DNA of 64,000 nucleotides from Octopus vulgaris. Taxonomy: Eukaryota. The stretch spans positions 144,894,001 to 144,958,000 of the forward strand of contig OX597815.1 of NCBI GenBank assembly GCA_951406725.2. Direction: 5' to 3'. The notes under the pieces are model-generated. The model ran no database searches, was not told where the DNA came from, and worked only from the letters and a program-made list of their open reading frames with translations. Shown piece by piece: positions 1-14,317 of this stretch (positions are counted from its first letter, which is position 1; every line of letters begins with the position of its first letter). The translations under genes and the position numbers were made by a program.

Positions 1-1543
1 TGTAGAGTAGAATTATTGGATTGTTTAATGTAGTCCAGTAATGCCTAGCAACGCACATAACATACGTAATCAAGTAAAAGAAATTGTTGTCCACCACCAC
101 CGCCGCCGCCGCATATATTAGATAAAAACGAAATACCGACCATTCTAAACCCCCCCCCCATCACAAAAAAAAAAAACTGAGACAGAACCATCTACTCCAC
201 ATCATATACAATCTAAGCTCTTCCAAGCCAAAACCTAACCCTTCCCCTCAACATCTAGTTATCAATTCTTTGTAAGTCTGAAGATTCCTGGCTGGAGAAG
301 AAACTGCTATTCCTGCCATAAATTACATCTTAATACCATTATGTTTATGTTTGTGTTAACTATTGTGTGATTTGGTCATGCCGAAAATTTATAAATGTCT
401 AAACACCTAATATAGAATTAAGGTTTTCGAGTAAATAATTGCTAGTTAAACAGTACTATTGTTATCAATAAGATCTATCATATATTTATTGCAAGTACAA
501 ACATGAGAAAGTTTGTATTATTATTATTTAATTTTATTTTAATCTAATACAATATTTTAGTATTCATTATTCCATTATCATGAAATTTCAAAACTGAAAT
601 AAAAATAAATTTATAATTACTGTACCGATGATATAAAAATGAACCAATTTTATACAACAATAACAAATGTAATTTTTGCAACATTGTCATAAGAACTTTC
701 ATTTGGTTTCGAACAAAAATGGAGAGAACTAGACTATGTTATGTTGAGTAATTACAACAGTTTAATTACAACAGAGTAATTTAAAGTTAAGGTACTGTAG
801 TCGCCTGATTACTTTCTATTGTGATCGTGTAACTACTTGAGAATTACAGTTGTAATTATAAATACTAGTCGATCTTTTGGAGATAGTCTCACATAAATTT
901 TTTTTGTTTCCTTAATTATTTTTTTTTACAATTGAACAGTGAAAAACACGGTCTCTCTCTCTCTCTCTATCACACATACATACGTACAAACTGAAAAAAA
1001 AAAAGAAATTAAAAATTAAAGAAATATAATTTTTGACGGAAATTGCCGAACAAATAAGTTTCAGTTTTGAGAAACCATCACCGAAGGATTTATGCACATT
1101 TATAATTACAATAAATTAAATTTGTTTAGAGCCGAATATTTTCTAACCCTCACACTTTAATCATGTTTTACATACAAAGTACTCTCTCTTTTTTTTTTCT
1201 CTCCTTTCCTTGTTTGTATATAATAATCTTTAGAAATCAATTTATTTAACTTAACAGCAGACTCCCAAATTTCAAACCAGTTCAATAAATACCATTTACG
1301 AAATTCTCGTCCCTTGAGTCACTGTATAACTCCTGCTGATTAAATATTCAAATATGTTTTGAATTTTATTTAATCTTGTTTTGACCTAACACACAAAATA
1401 ACATCGTCTTTATTTAACCATAAGGCCTGATCGTGCAGCAAGGCAACATTTAATTAAGATCAAAGGTGCAGTTCTGCTATAACTACCAGCATTGTTTGGT
1501 TATTTAGGACACAGTCGTATCTAAGACTTCAATATTCAATGTC

Positions 1544-1648
1544 GGAGAAGGTAAAGAATACGTACACCCGGTGGTTAGGGGTAAGGGTCAGGATTTTTTT
1601 TTTTTGTTACGCTGAAATCCGTTGGTGTACGTATTCTTTACCCCCGCT
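1544..1648. mobile_element. Very short MITE with 9-bp TSD and telomere-like core
   Basis: TIR core GGTAAAGAATACGTACACC; TSD TTCAATGTC at 1535-1543 and 1649-1657; internal GGTTAGGGGTAAGGGTCAGG. Confidence 0.78.
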
Positions 1649-2569
1649 TTCAATGTCATTACCACTATCAGAACCAGACGCCCTTCCTACTTTTAAGCAC
1701 AATTAACAGTCTACAGGAAAGAGGGGGTGGCGGGGGAACATTCTTTTTATATTTACTTGTTTCAATCATTAGACTGCGCCCATGCTGGAGCACCGCTTTG
1801 TAGAATTTTATAGTCAAAGTTTTTTAAAGCCTGGTTATAAAATACACCGATAGAATTTATCGGTCTACTTTGTCGAACCGCTAATTTAAGGGGGGGGACA
1901 CGTTAATATACAACACCAGTTAAGCGGTGGCGGGGGACAAACGCAGACACACACACACAAATCCAACGGGCTTCTTTCAGTTTCCATCTACCTGATCCAC
2001 ACACAAGGCTTTGGTAGAAGGTACCCTGCAAATTGAGTGATCATGTAGGGAAACATTAACGAGGGCCCATCAATTCAATGCTTTCAGTTAAGCTATAGAA
2101 ATAACATGTATTAATTAAAAATAATTAATACAATATCAATATGAATCTCCCTTGATTTATGTTACATATTACACATATTGAATTATTATTGAAAGATATA
2201 GTAAACATAAATAAATATATTATGCATAAATTTCAATATATAATCGATGAATGTAATTTTCGATAAATCTCACCTTGTCTGTATTACATGTGATATCTTC
2301 TATAATTGTTTGCAACGAAGGACAAGCCATTCTTTTTCTTTTCAATGTGATTGATTATATATTATATTTATGTTGTTATTTATGACTGGTTTTCCTGTCA
2401 AGCCTGTAAATATGAAACAGAGACCAACACGAACGATGCACACACCTTCGATCTGATCAGAGAAGTGATAAGAGTGATAGCAATAGAATAACATTAACTA
2501 TGCGTGACGTAACGTAACCTGATTGGCTATTTCGTTTACACTGTCATATTCGTTTACATGACAACACTA

Positions 2570-3370
2570 ACCTCCTCTCTCTCTTATCTTCATGAAATTC
2601 CTTCTAGCCTCATTATAAATGTATTTCACTCCTCCCCAATATATCTCTTAGTATTTCTTTCCTTTCTCCCTTTTCTCTTTTACCCTCTTTCTAACCTATT
2701 TTTTTCTCCGTCTTAGTATTTCTCTATTTCTTCTATAGCTTTCCCTCTATCTTTTAGTATTTATTTCTCGTCTTTCTTAATTCCCCTCTCTATATCTTTT
2801 AGTCTCTCTGTTTCTTCCCTCTGTCCTTTCTACAATCTTCTAAACTTTATTTCACTTCTCCCCCTCTCTACAACAGTCTATTTGTATTTCTCTCTCTTCT
2901 TCCCCTCTATCTTTCTCTCAATTTCTTTGTATTTCTTTTTTTCACTCCATATTTTGGTATGTCTTTCTACCCTTCTCTCTCTATCAATCTTTTCCTTAGT
3001 ATTTCATACTCTACCACTCCCTCTATTTATCCTTACATCTCTTTACGTTATTCTCTTACTATTTCTTTCTCTCCCCCTTACTATGTCTTACTCTTTTCAA
3101 CCGCTATTTCTTAGTCTTTCTCTTTTGCCCTCTGTCTCTCACTATTTTATTACCTCATCCCCATCACTCTCTCAGAATATACATATCATTCTTTTACTCT
3201 CTTCATCTACTCTTCTCCACTCCCTCGTTCTTCATTTATCTCCCACTCTCTCTCTCTTCATTTACCTCTCACTCTCTCTATTCTATCTTTCTTTCTCTCC
3301 CCTCTCTTGTCTTCTCACTCTCTTTACTCCCCCTCTCTCTAGCCTCTTTCTATTTCTTTTCTCGCCACTT
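2570..3370 (+). repeat. Pyrimidine-rich (CT) low-complexity tract
   Basis: About 800 bp almost devoid of G; source of the spurious F/L/S-rich ORF 2882..3499. Confidence 0.9.
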
Positions 3371-3521
3371 GTCATTTCATGTCAGCTATATTTATTATGT
3401 ACGTACTTATTTTTCTACCTTCTGGAAGTTTCCCAAATGCCTTCTGTCTTCACATATCGATTGTCTATATTTGTCTGCCTGGACGGCAATTGTTTTTAAA
3501 CGTCTATTTATATATACTACG

Positions 3522-3653
3522 ATCATCATCATCATCATCATCATCGTCGTCGTCGCCGCCGCCTCAGCCACTATCATCATCATCATCGTCATCGTTGTCG
3601 TCGCCGCCGCAGCCACCACCACCACCACCACCACAGCCAGCACCACCACCACC

Positions 3654-3687
<34 letters not shown>

Positions 3688-3730
3688 ACAACAACAACAG
3701 CAGCAGCAGCAGCAGCAACAACACCAGCAT
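3522..3730 (+). repeat. Compound trinucleotide microsatellite (CAT/CGT/CGC/CAC/CAA/CAG)
   Basis: In-phase runs of successive CNN triplets. Confidence 0.95.
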
Positions 3731-4486
3731 CGTTCAGCCTGATCGAGCAGACCCCCAATATGCTTGTGGTTAACGGCTTTCCATCGGTGACCGCCACATC
3801 TTTCCAAAGGTTGTCAGGGACTATAATTATCCAATGTATTCATATTTGAGACGGTCGGAACGATATGAAGGAGACTTGGCTATAATAATTTTCTAAATCG
3901 GTCGACCCACCTTGTAGCGGATTCGTACCCACCGAAGTCAAGTTCGCTTTTCATCCTTCCATTTTTTTTAATAAAAAATAAACATCAGTCAGGTTCTGGG
4001 GTCGTTGATATAATCCATTGAACCACTTTACCAAAATATATAACATTGTGTCATCCGGCATAGCTACACAAGAGAACTCCAACCCCTGCTTTAGTTTCCT
4101 TATAACTTTCTGAAAAGCTTGCTTCCCCACCATGTGGTTTGGGATCACTCCCACTACGCGGCACTGTGGGCAAGTGTTTTCCACTATAGCTCCGGGCCGA
4201 CTAAAGCCCGATGATTATACACACGCGCACGCACACATACACACATATATACATTTATAAGAGCATAAAAATACAGAATATTAAAAGAAGAATACATAAT
4301 TGCTTAACTCGACAGCTGTTTCAGGAGGCTCGGTGTAATAATAATCGTAATCTACAGAAGGAATAGTAGGTGTATGTGTCAGTATTTGTGTTTGTCCCCC
4401 CATCCTACTTCTTGACATCATCATCATCAAAAGGCGGTGCACCAGCATGGCCACAATCAAATAACTGAAACAAATAAAAGAATGAT

Positions 4487-4654
4487 AGTTCTATACTTAA
4501 GAGATGAGGAATTATGTACGTTATTTACATTTGATGGATATTTGTCATCTTGTTTGTTGTTAACACAACGTATCGGCTGATATATCTTCCAGCCTTCATC
4601 AGGTGTCTTGGGGAAATTTCGAACCTGTGTTCTAATTCCTAAGATATTTTTCGA

Positions 4655-4709
<55 letters not shown>

Positions 4710-4797
4710 ATTATTATTATTATTCCGGTCACTGCTTGGAATCGAACTCGGAATCTTGGGGTTAATAGCCCGCGCTCTTAACCACTACGCCATATAA
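4487..4797 (-). mobile_element. Terminal repeat of the same Penelope-like family (tRNA-like head plus hammerhead-like motif)
   Basis: The - strand reads TGGCGTAGTGGTTAAGAGCGCGGGCTATTAACCCC...GAGTTCGATTCC, then (AAC)n, then GACACCTGATGAAGGCTGG...CAGCCGATACGTTGTGTT. Confidence 0.75.
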
Positions 4798-5915
4798 TAC
4801 ATCGAGATGGCACGACCGCCAGTCACAGCGAAGAAAATGCTTAGTGATATTTTTTTCGGCTTTTTACATTTTGCATTCCAATTCCACTGAGGGCTACGTT
4901 ACTTTTCACCTTCTCGAGGTCGATAAAATTAATACCAGTCACGCATTGAGGTCGATGTAACTGACTTACCAACTGCCCTCGAAATTCCAAGTTTTGTGCC
5001 AAAAGTTTCATACACTCATACTGTTTTTAAAGATTTGGCACAAGGCCAATAAGTTCAGGTGAGAGGCTAAGTCGATTAGATCGACTCCAGCACTCGATTG
5101 GTACTTATTTTATCGACCCCGAAAGGATGAAAGGCAAAGTGGACCTCGGCAAAATTTGAAATCAACATAAAGACGGACGAAATATCGCTAAGCATTTTAA
5201 TTGTTTAACTCCGTGTGCTAACGATCCTGCCACTTTGCCGCCTTGGTTTGATTCAGTTATATAGGCAAATCCTATCCGGAACCGTCTGATGTGGCAAGAA
5301 TGCAGGAACACATCGCTTTGCTGCCTCAATATTCTGCCTGGCAAGAGGTGAGACATGTGAAAGAGTCGGCCACTCTCAACACTCTGCGAAGAAATTCTGG
5401 GGCCAAAAGCGGCTTTATATGGAGTACAAAAAGATTCTTGAAGATTGAATCACGCGATAGCTTGACGCTGATTGGCTTGCTAAATAGACCGATCTCGTAA
5501 AACTACTGTGGTTTAGTCGTGATGTATGACCGTTTACTTAGCGGTCTGGTTTCGAATCACCGCTTCACCATCATCGATGGTGCTGTAGCAAAGTGATAAC
5601 TTTTCGATTTAATCAGAGGAGCTTGTTAAATATTTTTCAAACCACTTCAAGTTTTTCTACGTGTTGTGTTGGTGACGCCGACAATGAGATGGTATTCTTT
5701 CTACACCATCAAACCCTGCAAAACAATTTACCACAAGAGAAAGTACATTCAACATCGATTTGCGGGGTCCCAGTAAATGTTTTAAGGGCCGTGAGTTCGA
5801 TAAAAGATTACAACCATGGAAATTGACTTTCATTTAAATGTCATTAAAACTCAAGAAGTGGAAATTACTAAAGTGAGGAAATAAATGGTTTTGTGGCACA
5901 ATGTTTCGTCCTTTT

Positions 5916-6319
5916 AAGGCGGCAAGCTGGCAGAAACGTTAGCACGCCGGGCGAAATGCTTAGGTGTATTTCGTCTGCCGCTACGTTCTGAGTTCAAATT
6001 CCGCCGAGGTCAACTTTGCCTTTCATCCTTTCGGGGTCGATTAAATAAGTACCAGTTACGTACTGGGGATCGATATAATCGACTTAATCCGTTTGTCTGT
6101 CCTTGTTTGTCCTCTCTGTGTTTAGCCCCTTGTGGATAGTAAAGAAATAGGTATTTCGTCTATCGTTATGTTCTGAGTTCAAATTCCGCCGCGGCCGACT
6201 TTGCCTTTCATCCTTTCGGAGTCGATAAATTAAGTAGCAATTACGTACTGGGGTCGATCTAATCGATTGGCCCCCTCCTCCAAAATTTTGGGCCTTGTGC
6301 CTAGAGTAGTAAAGAAAAG
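5916..6319 (+). mobile_element. tRNA-derived SINE family A, dimeric full-length copy
   Basis: GGCGGCAAGCTGGCAGAA head, B-box GAGTTCAAATTCC and a duplicated body. 16-bp TSD AATGTTTCGTCCTTTT at 5900-5915 and 6320-6335. Further copies at about 5040-5241(-), 12474-12678(+), 21834-22065(+), 30200-30557(-), 32425-32598(-), 48030-48198(-) and 57046-57330(+). Confidence 0.88.
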
Positions 6320-8221
6320 AATGTTTCGTCCTTTTTTTAGTTTAGATGTTATGGTGTAGTTTGTGTGCCATTCCTAGCAGATTGAAGGTCCACATACAGC
6401 AATAATTCTCAACAGGGGTCTATATGGACCTTGAGGTGGAGTGGGGGTTCACATGCGGTTTTGCTCTTAAAGTCTGTATCAAATAAACTGGTTTTACTTC
6501 TAAAATATATGAAATATTTTAGCAATTCTTTTTATACAGTTCCTAATAATATTTAATTATAAAAACATAATAGGATCTTTGAAACATCGACTGGCTATGG
6601 AGATTCATCCGAGTAGAATAGGAACCAAAGAGGTCCTTAGAAAAGAGGAAAATGGCTCGAGAACCACTGGTGTAAAAGTTTCGTCTGTGCCCTTACCACG
6701 GGGTAAAAGTCCTCATGCACGACTTCCGATACATCCAGCAATGGAAGCTTCAATTGGCTAAAATGCATAAATTTAATGCTTATAACTATTTTATTCTTTT
6801 GTTGTCTGGGGAGGGTCATTCTCTTTTAGTGCTTTATTATTTAATACACTCACCGGTAAAGTTTCCACTCATTTACTTATTTATTTTTCCTAAAATTTTC
6901 GTTGTGTCCTGCAACCTTTACAATAGTCGTTGACTCTCCCCAGACACAACAAAATATGCTTCAACACATGAACTCACATAAAGAATCTTGCAAACCAAAT
7001 CCAAAGACGAAATATTCTATTATTACTTTCCAAAATAAATAAATAAATGTAATATGCACCATCAGCAAGCCAAACTACATTCGAACTACATACTTTGAAA
7101 ATAATTTGGAAAACTTCAAGTGCTTGGCAGGAATTTAACAGGATCCTAAATCAGATATTATATTATGTTTAGATTCCAAACTAGAAACGTTCTCATACAT
7201 CGTCAGTCATGACATTGGAAATTCAATGAAACTTCACTTTCTTAGCGATTAACTTCAAAATGCAACGAAGGTTAACTTGTGGTCACCTTATCTGCTAGAT
7301 AATAACAAGGACAGTAAAGAAAGGACAAATATTATATATTGTTACATATCCCTAACACGTGATGGTCAAAGATGAAATATATTTGATTATAGGTCACAAA
7401 TTGACCAGGTCGGCAATTGTAATGCGTACGCCCTTTGCTCATTAATTGATTCTATCTGCTTGCAAGAAGATAGCCCTGCGCGCGTGTGTATGTGTGTGTA
7501 TATATGTGTGCGTGTGTGTGTATGTATATATGCATGTACTTATGCATATTACATACTTATATGCACAAACTTGTATATACATGCATATATGCACACACAC
7601 ACGCACGCATTTGCTACAACGGATATACTGTATATTAAAGCCCAACTTCTCCAAGCTATAAAACTTCAATCGGATAAAAACCTAAAAAACGTGACTCACT
7701 TAACACGTGTCTTATTAACGTTGTAAGTTTTAACACGACACCAGACAGCAGGCAAGCAGCAGTTAGCAGTGTATCTTTTTGCTCTACTTCATCTACCAAC
7801 TAACGATAGTGACTGTGGTGGTTGTGGTGGTGGGGGCTTCTTTATAAAGGTAAGGGAGACAAATATAATTGCCCAAATGCATAACCTAGAAATATAAGAC
7901 AGCGAACACTTGTATATAATTACATATATCCGCGAGGGTGGGCCCTTTTCCTTAATATTCGTCTTTGTCTATTTTAATTATCACAGTTTTACTTAGAGCA
8001 GGAGGACCTTTTATTAAGGTATAAAAATAGAAAGACGAGCAGGCAAGAATGAAGTACTTAAGCTGTTAAATCGCCAGCTTTTGTTGTTTGGCAAAGGCAT
8101 GTGTTTAACGAATCACGTTTTGTGACAGGGATGTTCGAGTCTGGATGATGCATTTATTATATGGCTGTTACTTAAATATGTAAGTTGATTAAGGTGTGAT
8201 CAATTTTGGGCGACAGGAATA

Positions 8222-8412
8222 CAGTAGTAATCCCTCGACTATCGCGGGTGTTACGTTCCACACCTCCGCCCCGCGATAGGTGAAAATCCGCAAAGTAGAA
8301 ACAATACTGTATATTTTATTATTATTATTTTTATAAATTTGTATTTTGTTATAAACGCAAAACACACCACCACGGAGGAATCGACGTAAGCTTAAATGAT
8401 AAACCGCGATAT
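8222..8412 (+). mobile_element. pogo/Tigger-like MITE fragment
   Basis: TA-CAGTAGTAATCCCTCGACTATCGCGGG start with repeated CCGCGATA subterminal motifs; right end lost. Confidence 0.5.
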
Positions 8413-8879
8413 GGCTCGACTGGTACTTATTTTATCAACCCCGGCGAAATTTGAATTCAGAACACGAAGACAGACGAAATTTCGCTAAGCATTTTGTCCA
8501 GTGTACAAACCATTCTGTCTGCTCGCAGCCTTCGTTCAATGTAGTCTTCTTTAGTATTTATACATGATTATATATGTAAGATTTGCATCAACGCCCGGTG
8601 TTGCCTGGGAAGTAAGCACTGGCGACTAATTTCTCAACATTCTGCATAAATTTATTGTATCAAACACAGTGTTTATAATATTTGCAAGAGAGCTGGGCAT
8701 AGGCATATTTTTTCTCCCTCTTAAAGTTAACTTGTGTTTCAGTAATTTACCATAAAAGGTAATTATGTAAATGCATTTCAACTGCGATGTATGTATGTAT
8801 GTATGTATGTATGTATGTATGTATGTATGTATGTATGTATGTATGTATGTATGTATGTATGTATGTATGTATGTATGTA

Positions 8880-8938
<59 letters not shown>

Positions 8939-9052
8939 ACACTCACACATCTTTTGCTCCCTCTGGAGTATACGGCCCTTCTTCACTGTTCCCAAATCAG
9001 GGCCGTCTTTTCTGAAGGCCTTCTTCTCCCGGGTCTTCTGTATCTGCTTTTT

Positions 9053-9137
9053 GGCGGAGGTAAAGAATACGCACACCACCCATTTTCGGCGTAACCCTAA
9101 CCCTAAGCACCCGGTGTGCGTATTCTTTACCATCGCC
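9053..9137. mobile_element. Second copy of the very short MITE (85 bp)
   Basis: GGCGGAGGTAAAGAATACGCACACC ... GGTGTGCGTATTCTTTACCATCGCC; TSD CTGCTTTTT on both sides; internal TAACCCTAACCCTAA. Confidence 0.82.
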
Positions 9138-9619
9138 CTGCTTTTTAACACAAACCCATGTTTACCCCTGGAAAGAGGAGGTGGTTCATTTTAGTCTACT
9201 GTTTTACTCTTTTACCTTCGCAGCACAGAAGGCTTTCACTCTGCTTAGTATAGCTCTCAGTGTTATTGAGGTACGTAAGCTCCCACACCATGACAAGGAC
9301 TGCATCATGTGGTGGATATGTGTGTGTGTGTATGTAAAAGGAAGTTTAGGTAAAAACCTTTAAGTATGCTATGCAAAACTCATCCGCGTTTATTATCCAC
9401 TGGATGTCATTGTGCATTGGAAATGCCCCTGCTACTGGATATACATCAAGGATGCAATAGTATCTGTAGAGTTTAAATAATTAGATAAATAATAGAGATT
9501 GGAATGAGCAACATTTTTTACTTAAACTCTCTAGAAGTGTTTCCACACATCGTTAATACCTACAGTGGGTGAGATCACTAACGTAGCTAGAGTGTGCGCT
9601 GCACCAAGTTCCAAAGCCT

Positions 9620-11860
9620 GTTTTGGCTTGGTTTCTACAGCTGGAAGCCCTTTCTAATACCAACCACTCTATAGAATATACTGGGTGCTTTTTCCATGGC
9701 ATCATCCCCAGTACATTTTATATGGCACCAATACCAGTTCTTTTTACATGGCACCAGCACCCACACCAATGCTTTTTATGTGGTACCTTGGTTTCAGGAT
9801 CTCAGTTCTGTTGCGGTGGGCAGGTCTTCACGAGTACAGCTATGTGCCACATATCTCAAATCTCTCTCATCTACTTCGTAAGGATCAGCGTTTAGAGATT
9901 GGCCTTCAATACTTTGTCCTATGTCTTCCTGGGTCTCTCTCTTCCATGAATTCCCTCCACTTCAAGTGACTGGCACTTCTTTATGAAATTGTCCTCATAC
10001 ATCCACATCTCTTGACCAAACTAGCACGGTCTTCTCTCATGCACACTGCATCTAATCCTCTTCTGCTCAGCTCCTCTCTCAATGCACCAGTGCTCTGTCA
10101 CACATGCACACTGACATCACACTTCCAGTGGAGCATACCAGCTTCATTCCTCTTGAGCCTTTACATGTCCTCCACATTCGGGGCCCATGTCTCACTACCA
10201 TGCAGCATTGAAGCTTGTACACATGCATCATACAATCTTCCCTTCACTCAGAGAGAGAGAGAGAGAGAGAGACCATTGGTTGCTAATGGAAGCAAAAGCT
10301 CTCTGAACTTTCTCCATCCTATTCTTATTCTAGCAATTACACTTCTTGTAAACCTCTTCCACTGCTAATTGGGTCACCTATCTATAGCAAAAATTATCTA
10401 TAACTTCCAGAGAGCTACCACGACATTTAAAAATATCAGTTTCTCATGTATCTATGGTCTTTATGGATCCTCTACATCTTCCACAGACAAACACTACTTT
10501 CTCTGTTAACCTTCCAACCATTCCACAGTACCTCTTGCATGCCCATAGCTTGTACTGGATACTCTGAACAGAATTTCTGCCTACACCCTTCCTACATTTT
10601 GAGTAAGGTCATCTACTGGAAAACTGAAGGGCCCTGTCTTATTTCTTGCTCACTGGGACCTTTGCCTTTGCTAAGTTTCCTTTAAGTCCCTTTGCTATTG
10701 ATTCCAGGTTCTGTTTCCACATCTGGAACCTCTTTTCTAATTCTATTACAGATTCTGTTATGAGGGCAAGATCATCAGCATATAGTAGTTCCTATGGGCT
10801 TCTAGTCTTAAATTCCTTCATTATGGCCTGGAGGACGATGATGAATAGGAAGGACTGATCTTTGGTAGACGACTACCTCTACACTAAATTCATCACTGTT
10901 CCTATGGCCAACTCTTATCTTATTAACAGTACCCCTGTGCATGGTCTGTACTACTTTCACAAGCCATTCATCTATCCCTTGCTTCCTCGGTGACCACCAT
11001 ATCATATCACAGAGTGATGTATTCTGTTGAAGGCTTTCTCAAGATCAGTGGTTTCCAAAGATTTTCGGGCTGCCGCCCCCTTGACACCCAGGCTACATTC
11101 CTAGCACCCCCACTCCAACTAACCATCGCAAACACAGACCTCTTTCTGAAGTAAATTCAAAGCAACTGTATTTCACAAATAAAACTTAACCTCACAAACC
11201 CATTATTTTGTTGTTTGTACATAAATCGCCACCCCAATATCACCCCACTTTTCTTCAATGCCCCCTTGGAACTTTCCACTGCTCCCAGGGGATCAATACT
11301 ACACACTCTGGGAACCACTGCTCTAGATCAACAAAAGCCAAGTACAACAGCTTGTTCTTAACTAAATACTTTTCTTGCAGTTACCTGACTACGAAAATAG
11401 CATGTGTGGTGTTTCTCCCTGAGAGAAAGCCAAACTGCATTTCATCTAGTCTAATTTAGTTCCTTATTAATTAGGCAATAACTTTCCCTGCAGCTTTCAT
11501 CCTCTAGTCCAGCAATTTGATGTCTTGATAATTATTTCTATCTAAGGGATCTCCTTTGCCATTATAGGAGCTGACTATGATGCTGCTGCACCAGTCTCTA
11601 GGGATTATGCCTTCCTGAATAACCTTATTAATTATATGGGTGGCAGAACTATATCCAACTCAGCCAGATCTCTTAAAGCATGTTGGTAATGACTCCTGAT
11701 GGACCAAGGGGCCTTTCCTGTCTTCATATCTTTAATTACCTTATCTATCATGCAGCTATCAATTAGGATAGCTTGTCCCTCTGTTGTGTTCACATCGGGA
11801 AAACTCCCTTTCTCTCATCTATTCTCTGCATTTAATAGTCTTTCATAGTAGTTCTTCCAT
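9620..11860 (-). mobile_element. Decayed RTE-clade LINE, reverse transcriptase region and 3' end
   Basis: - strand peptides IWWSPRKQGIDEWLVKVVQ, LLYADDL (10768-10788) and GRERPRKT. Many stops and frameshifts; interrupted by a hAT MITE. Confidence 0.88.
11046..11320. mobile_element. hAT (Charlie-like) MITE nested in the RTE LINE
   Basis: TIR CAGTGGTTTCCA / TGGGAACCACTG; 8-bp TSD CTCAAGAT / CTCTAGAT. Confidence 0.8.
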
Positions 11861-14317
11861 ATATATACACACCCATGTATGCTATTGCGTTGTAGCATAT
11901 TGAGCTGACAGCACTGCAGAACATTTCATGGCAGGTAAAACCACCAGACTATATGTGTATATGTGTGTATGCAAAATTGTAAGAAAACTCGGTATTGCCT
12001 GGCAAATAAGCAACTGCATTGGTAACTAATTTCATCAAAATTCTGCATAAATTTGTTATATCAAACATGATAGTTTCGTTACAAGAGAGCTACACAGATT
12101 TTTTTTCCCTCTTAAAGTTTACTTATGTTTCAGGTCTGAGTAACTTACCATAAAAGGAAATTATAAAAATGCATTTCAACTCTGACAATCAATCAAAATA
12201 GTTTAATATTTATACATTATATAAGGCTGCCAGCCAACAAATTTGCCAACATGGCGGACAATATGCTTAGTGGTATTTTGTCTGTCTTCACATTCTGTGT
12301 TCAAATTGTGCTGAGGTCGACTGTGCCTTTAATCCTTTTAGGGGTCAATAAAATAAGTACCAGCTGAGTTAGCCCTGGGATCAATATAACCAACTTGGCC
12401 CTTTCCCCATATATGCTGGCCTTAGGTCAAAATCTGAAACCATCATGTAAACAATATGTGTGTGTGTGTGTCAAACTGGCAGAAATGTTAGCATGCTGGA
12501 CAAAGTGCTAGTGGTATTTCATCTATCTTTGCATTCTGAGTTCAAATTCCGCCGAGGTCGACTTTGCCTTTCATCCTTTCAGGGTCGATAAATTAAGTAC
12601 CAGTTGCATACTGGAGTCGATCTAATCGACTGGTCCCCTCCCCCCAAATTTCAGGCCTTGTGCCTAGAGTAGAAAAGAATATGTGTGTGTATGTGCATGT
12701 GTGTGTGTGTGTATAAGAATTACATCTTACAAAGGCGCTATGAAGCACCAGTTTTTATATACACACATATATATATGAATATATATATGCATTATATATA
12801 TATATATATATATATATACATGCACACACACAGAGTCACTCATACACTTGCACACACAGAACAAAATATCATAATCATCATTTAACATCTGCCTTCCATG
12901 CTGGCATGGGTGGAACAGTTTGACAGAAGCTGACCAGGCAGAAGCCAGCACTTGACTTCTGTGTCTGTTTTGACAGGGTTTTTACAGCTGGATGCCCTTC
13001 CAAATGCCAACCACTTTACAGTGTGAACTGGATGCATTTTTAAGTGGCACCTGCACTGACAGGGTCACCAAGTACCTTGCAAGACAAAAATCTTTTGTGA
13101 GGGGAGGGCCATAGGAGGAGGGGATTTAATATATAGAATGTGTAGCACAGTTATGCAATACACATCATAAACCTAAAACCATTTGGCTTTAATTTTATTT
13201 GCAGATTTCTTTAAATATTTATGTTTTAAAAATGGATTAAAAGGGATTAAATTTCTGCGTCAAGAAGCACTAACCCTAATCCTAATTTAGGTGCAGGCAT
13301 GACAGTGTAGGCACAGATGCGGCTGTGTAGTAAGAAGCTTGCTTCCCAACTACATGGTTCAGGGTTCAGTCCCACTGCATAACAACTTGTGCAAGTGCCT
13401 TCTACTACTGCCTCAGGCTGAACAAAGCCTTGTGAGTGAATTTGGTTGGCGGAAATTGAATGAAGCCTGTGATATATATATATATATATATATTGGCACC
13501 TGTGCTGGTGGAGCACTAAGCGAGCATGATCATTGCCTGAGCAACAAACTGGCTTCCATGCCAGTAGCACATAAAAAGCACCATTGGAGCATGATCATTA
13601 CCTGCGTTGCCTTACTGGCATTTGTGCTGGTGGCACGAGAAAAACCATTAGAGCGAGGTTGTTGCCAGTGCTGTTGGACTGGCTCCTGTGCAGGTGTCAC
13701 ATAAAAAGCACCATTTGAGCATGGTCATTGCCAGTACTGCCTGACTGGCCCTCGTGCTGGTGGCACGTAAAAGCACCCACTACACTCACAGAGTGGTTGG
13801 CGTTAGGAAGGGCATCCAGCTGTAGAAACTCTGCCAGCACTGCCTTCCGCTCCACCATCATTACCTATCATCCCTGACAGCCTTGGCTGCCACCACCACC
13901 ACCACCACCACCATCATCGCCTCCATCTCTGCCTCTATCACAACTACAGCTCATACTATTACTATCACCCCCATTACTATCACTGTTCTGTATGTTAGTT
14001 GAGTATGTTGGTTTAGTGTTCAGTCCCTCTTTCTCTCACATACCCACTCATTCTCTCTCTCTCATTATTACTCCCACTGCTACCATCAACACTACTACTT
14101 TTAATAAAATATCAACTCTCCTTAAATTTCTTTATCTCTCTTTCTCTCTCTCGCTTTTTCTTTCACTCTCTTTCTCTGTCTTCACCACTGCTATCACCAT
14201 GTTTATGCCTACTATTACTCACAAGTGGAAATGTCATTGAATAGTGAGAAAGGGGATCAAAGTGTGACACACTGACACACAGAAATTAGTTTTCGGATTT
14301 ATTATATTAGATATATA

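Noticed and set aside
2500-2530. CRE-like and CCAAT motifs as a promoter
   Set aside because: No downstream gene is visible, and they appear to lie in a repeat-like segment leading into the CT tract.
2882-3849. Long ORFs of 107-205 aa
   Set aside because: They are translations of CT-rich and trinucleotide low-complexity DNA.
8944-9168. Possible - strand exon (ctttccag acceptor near 9168, gtgagt donor near 8945)
   Set aside because: With the MITE removed, all three frames contain stops, and there is no recognisable homology. It could be a non-coding exon, but the sequence alone does not support that.
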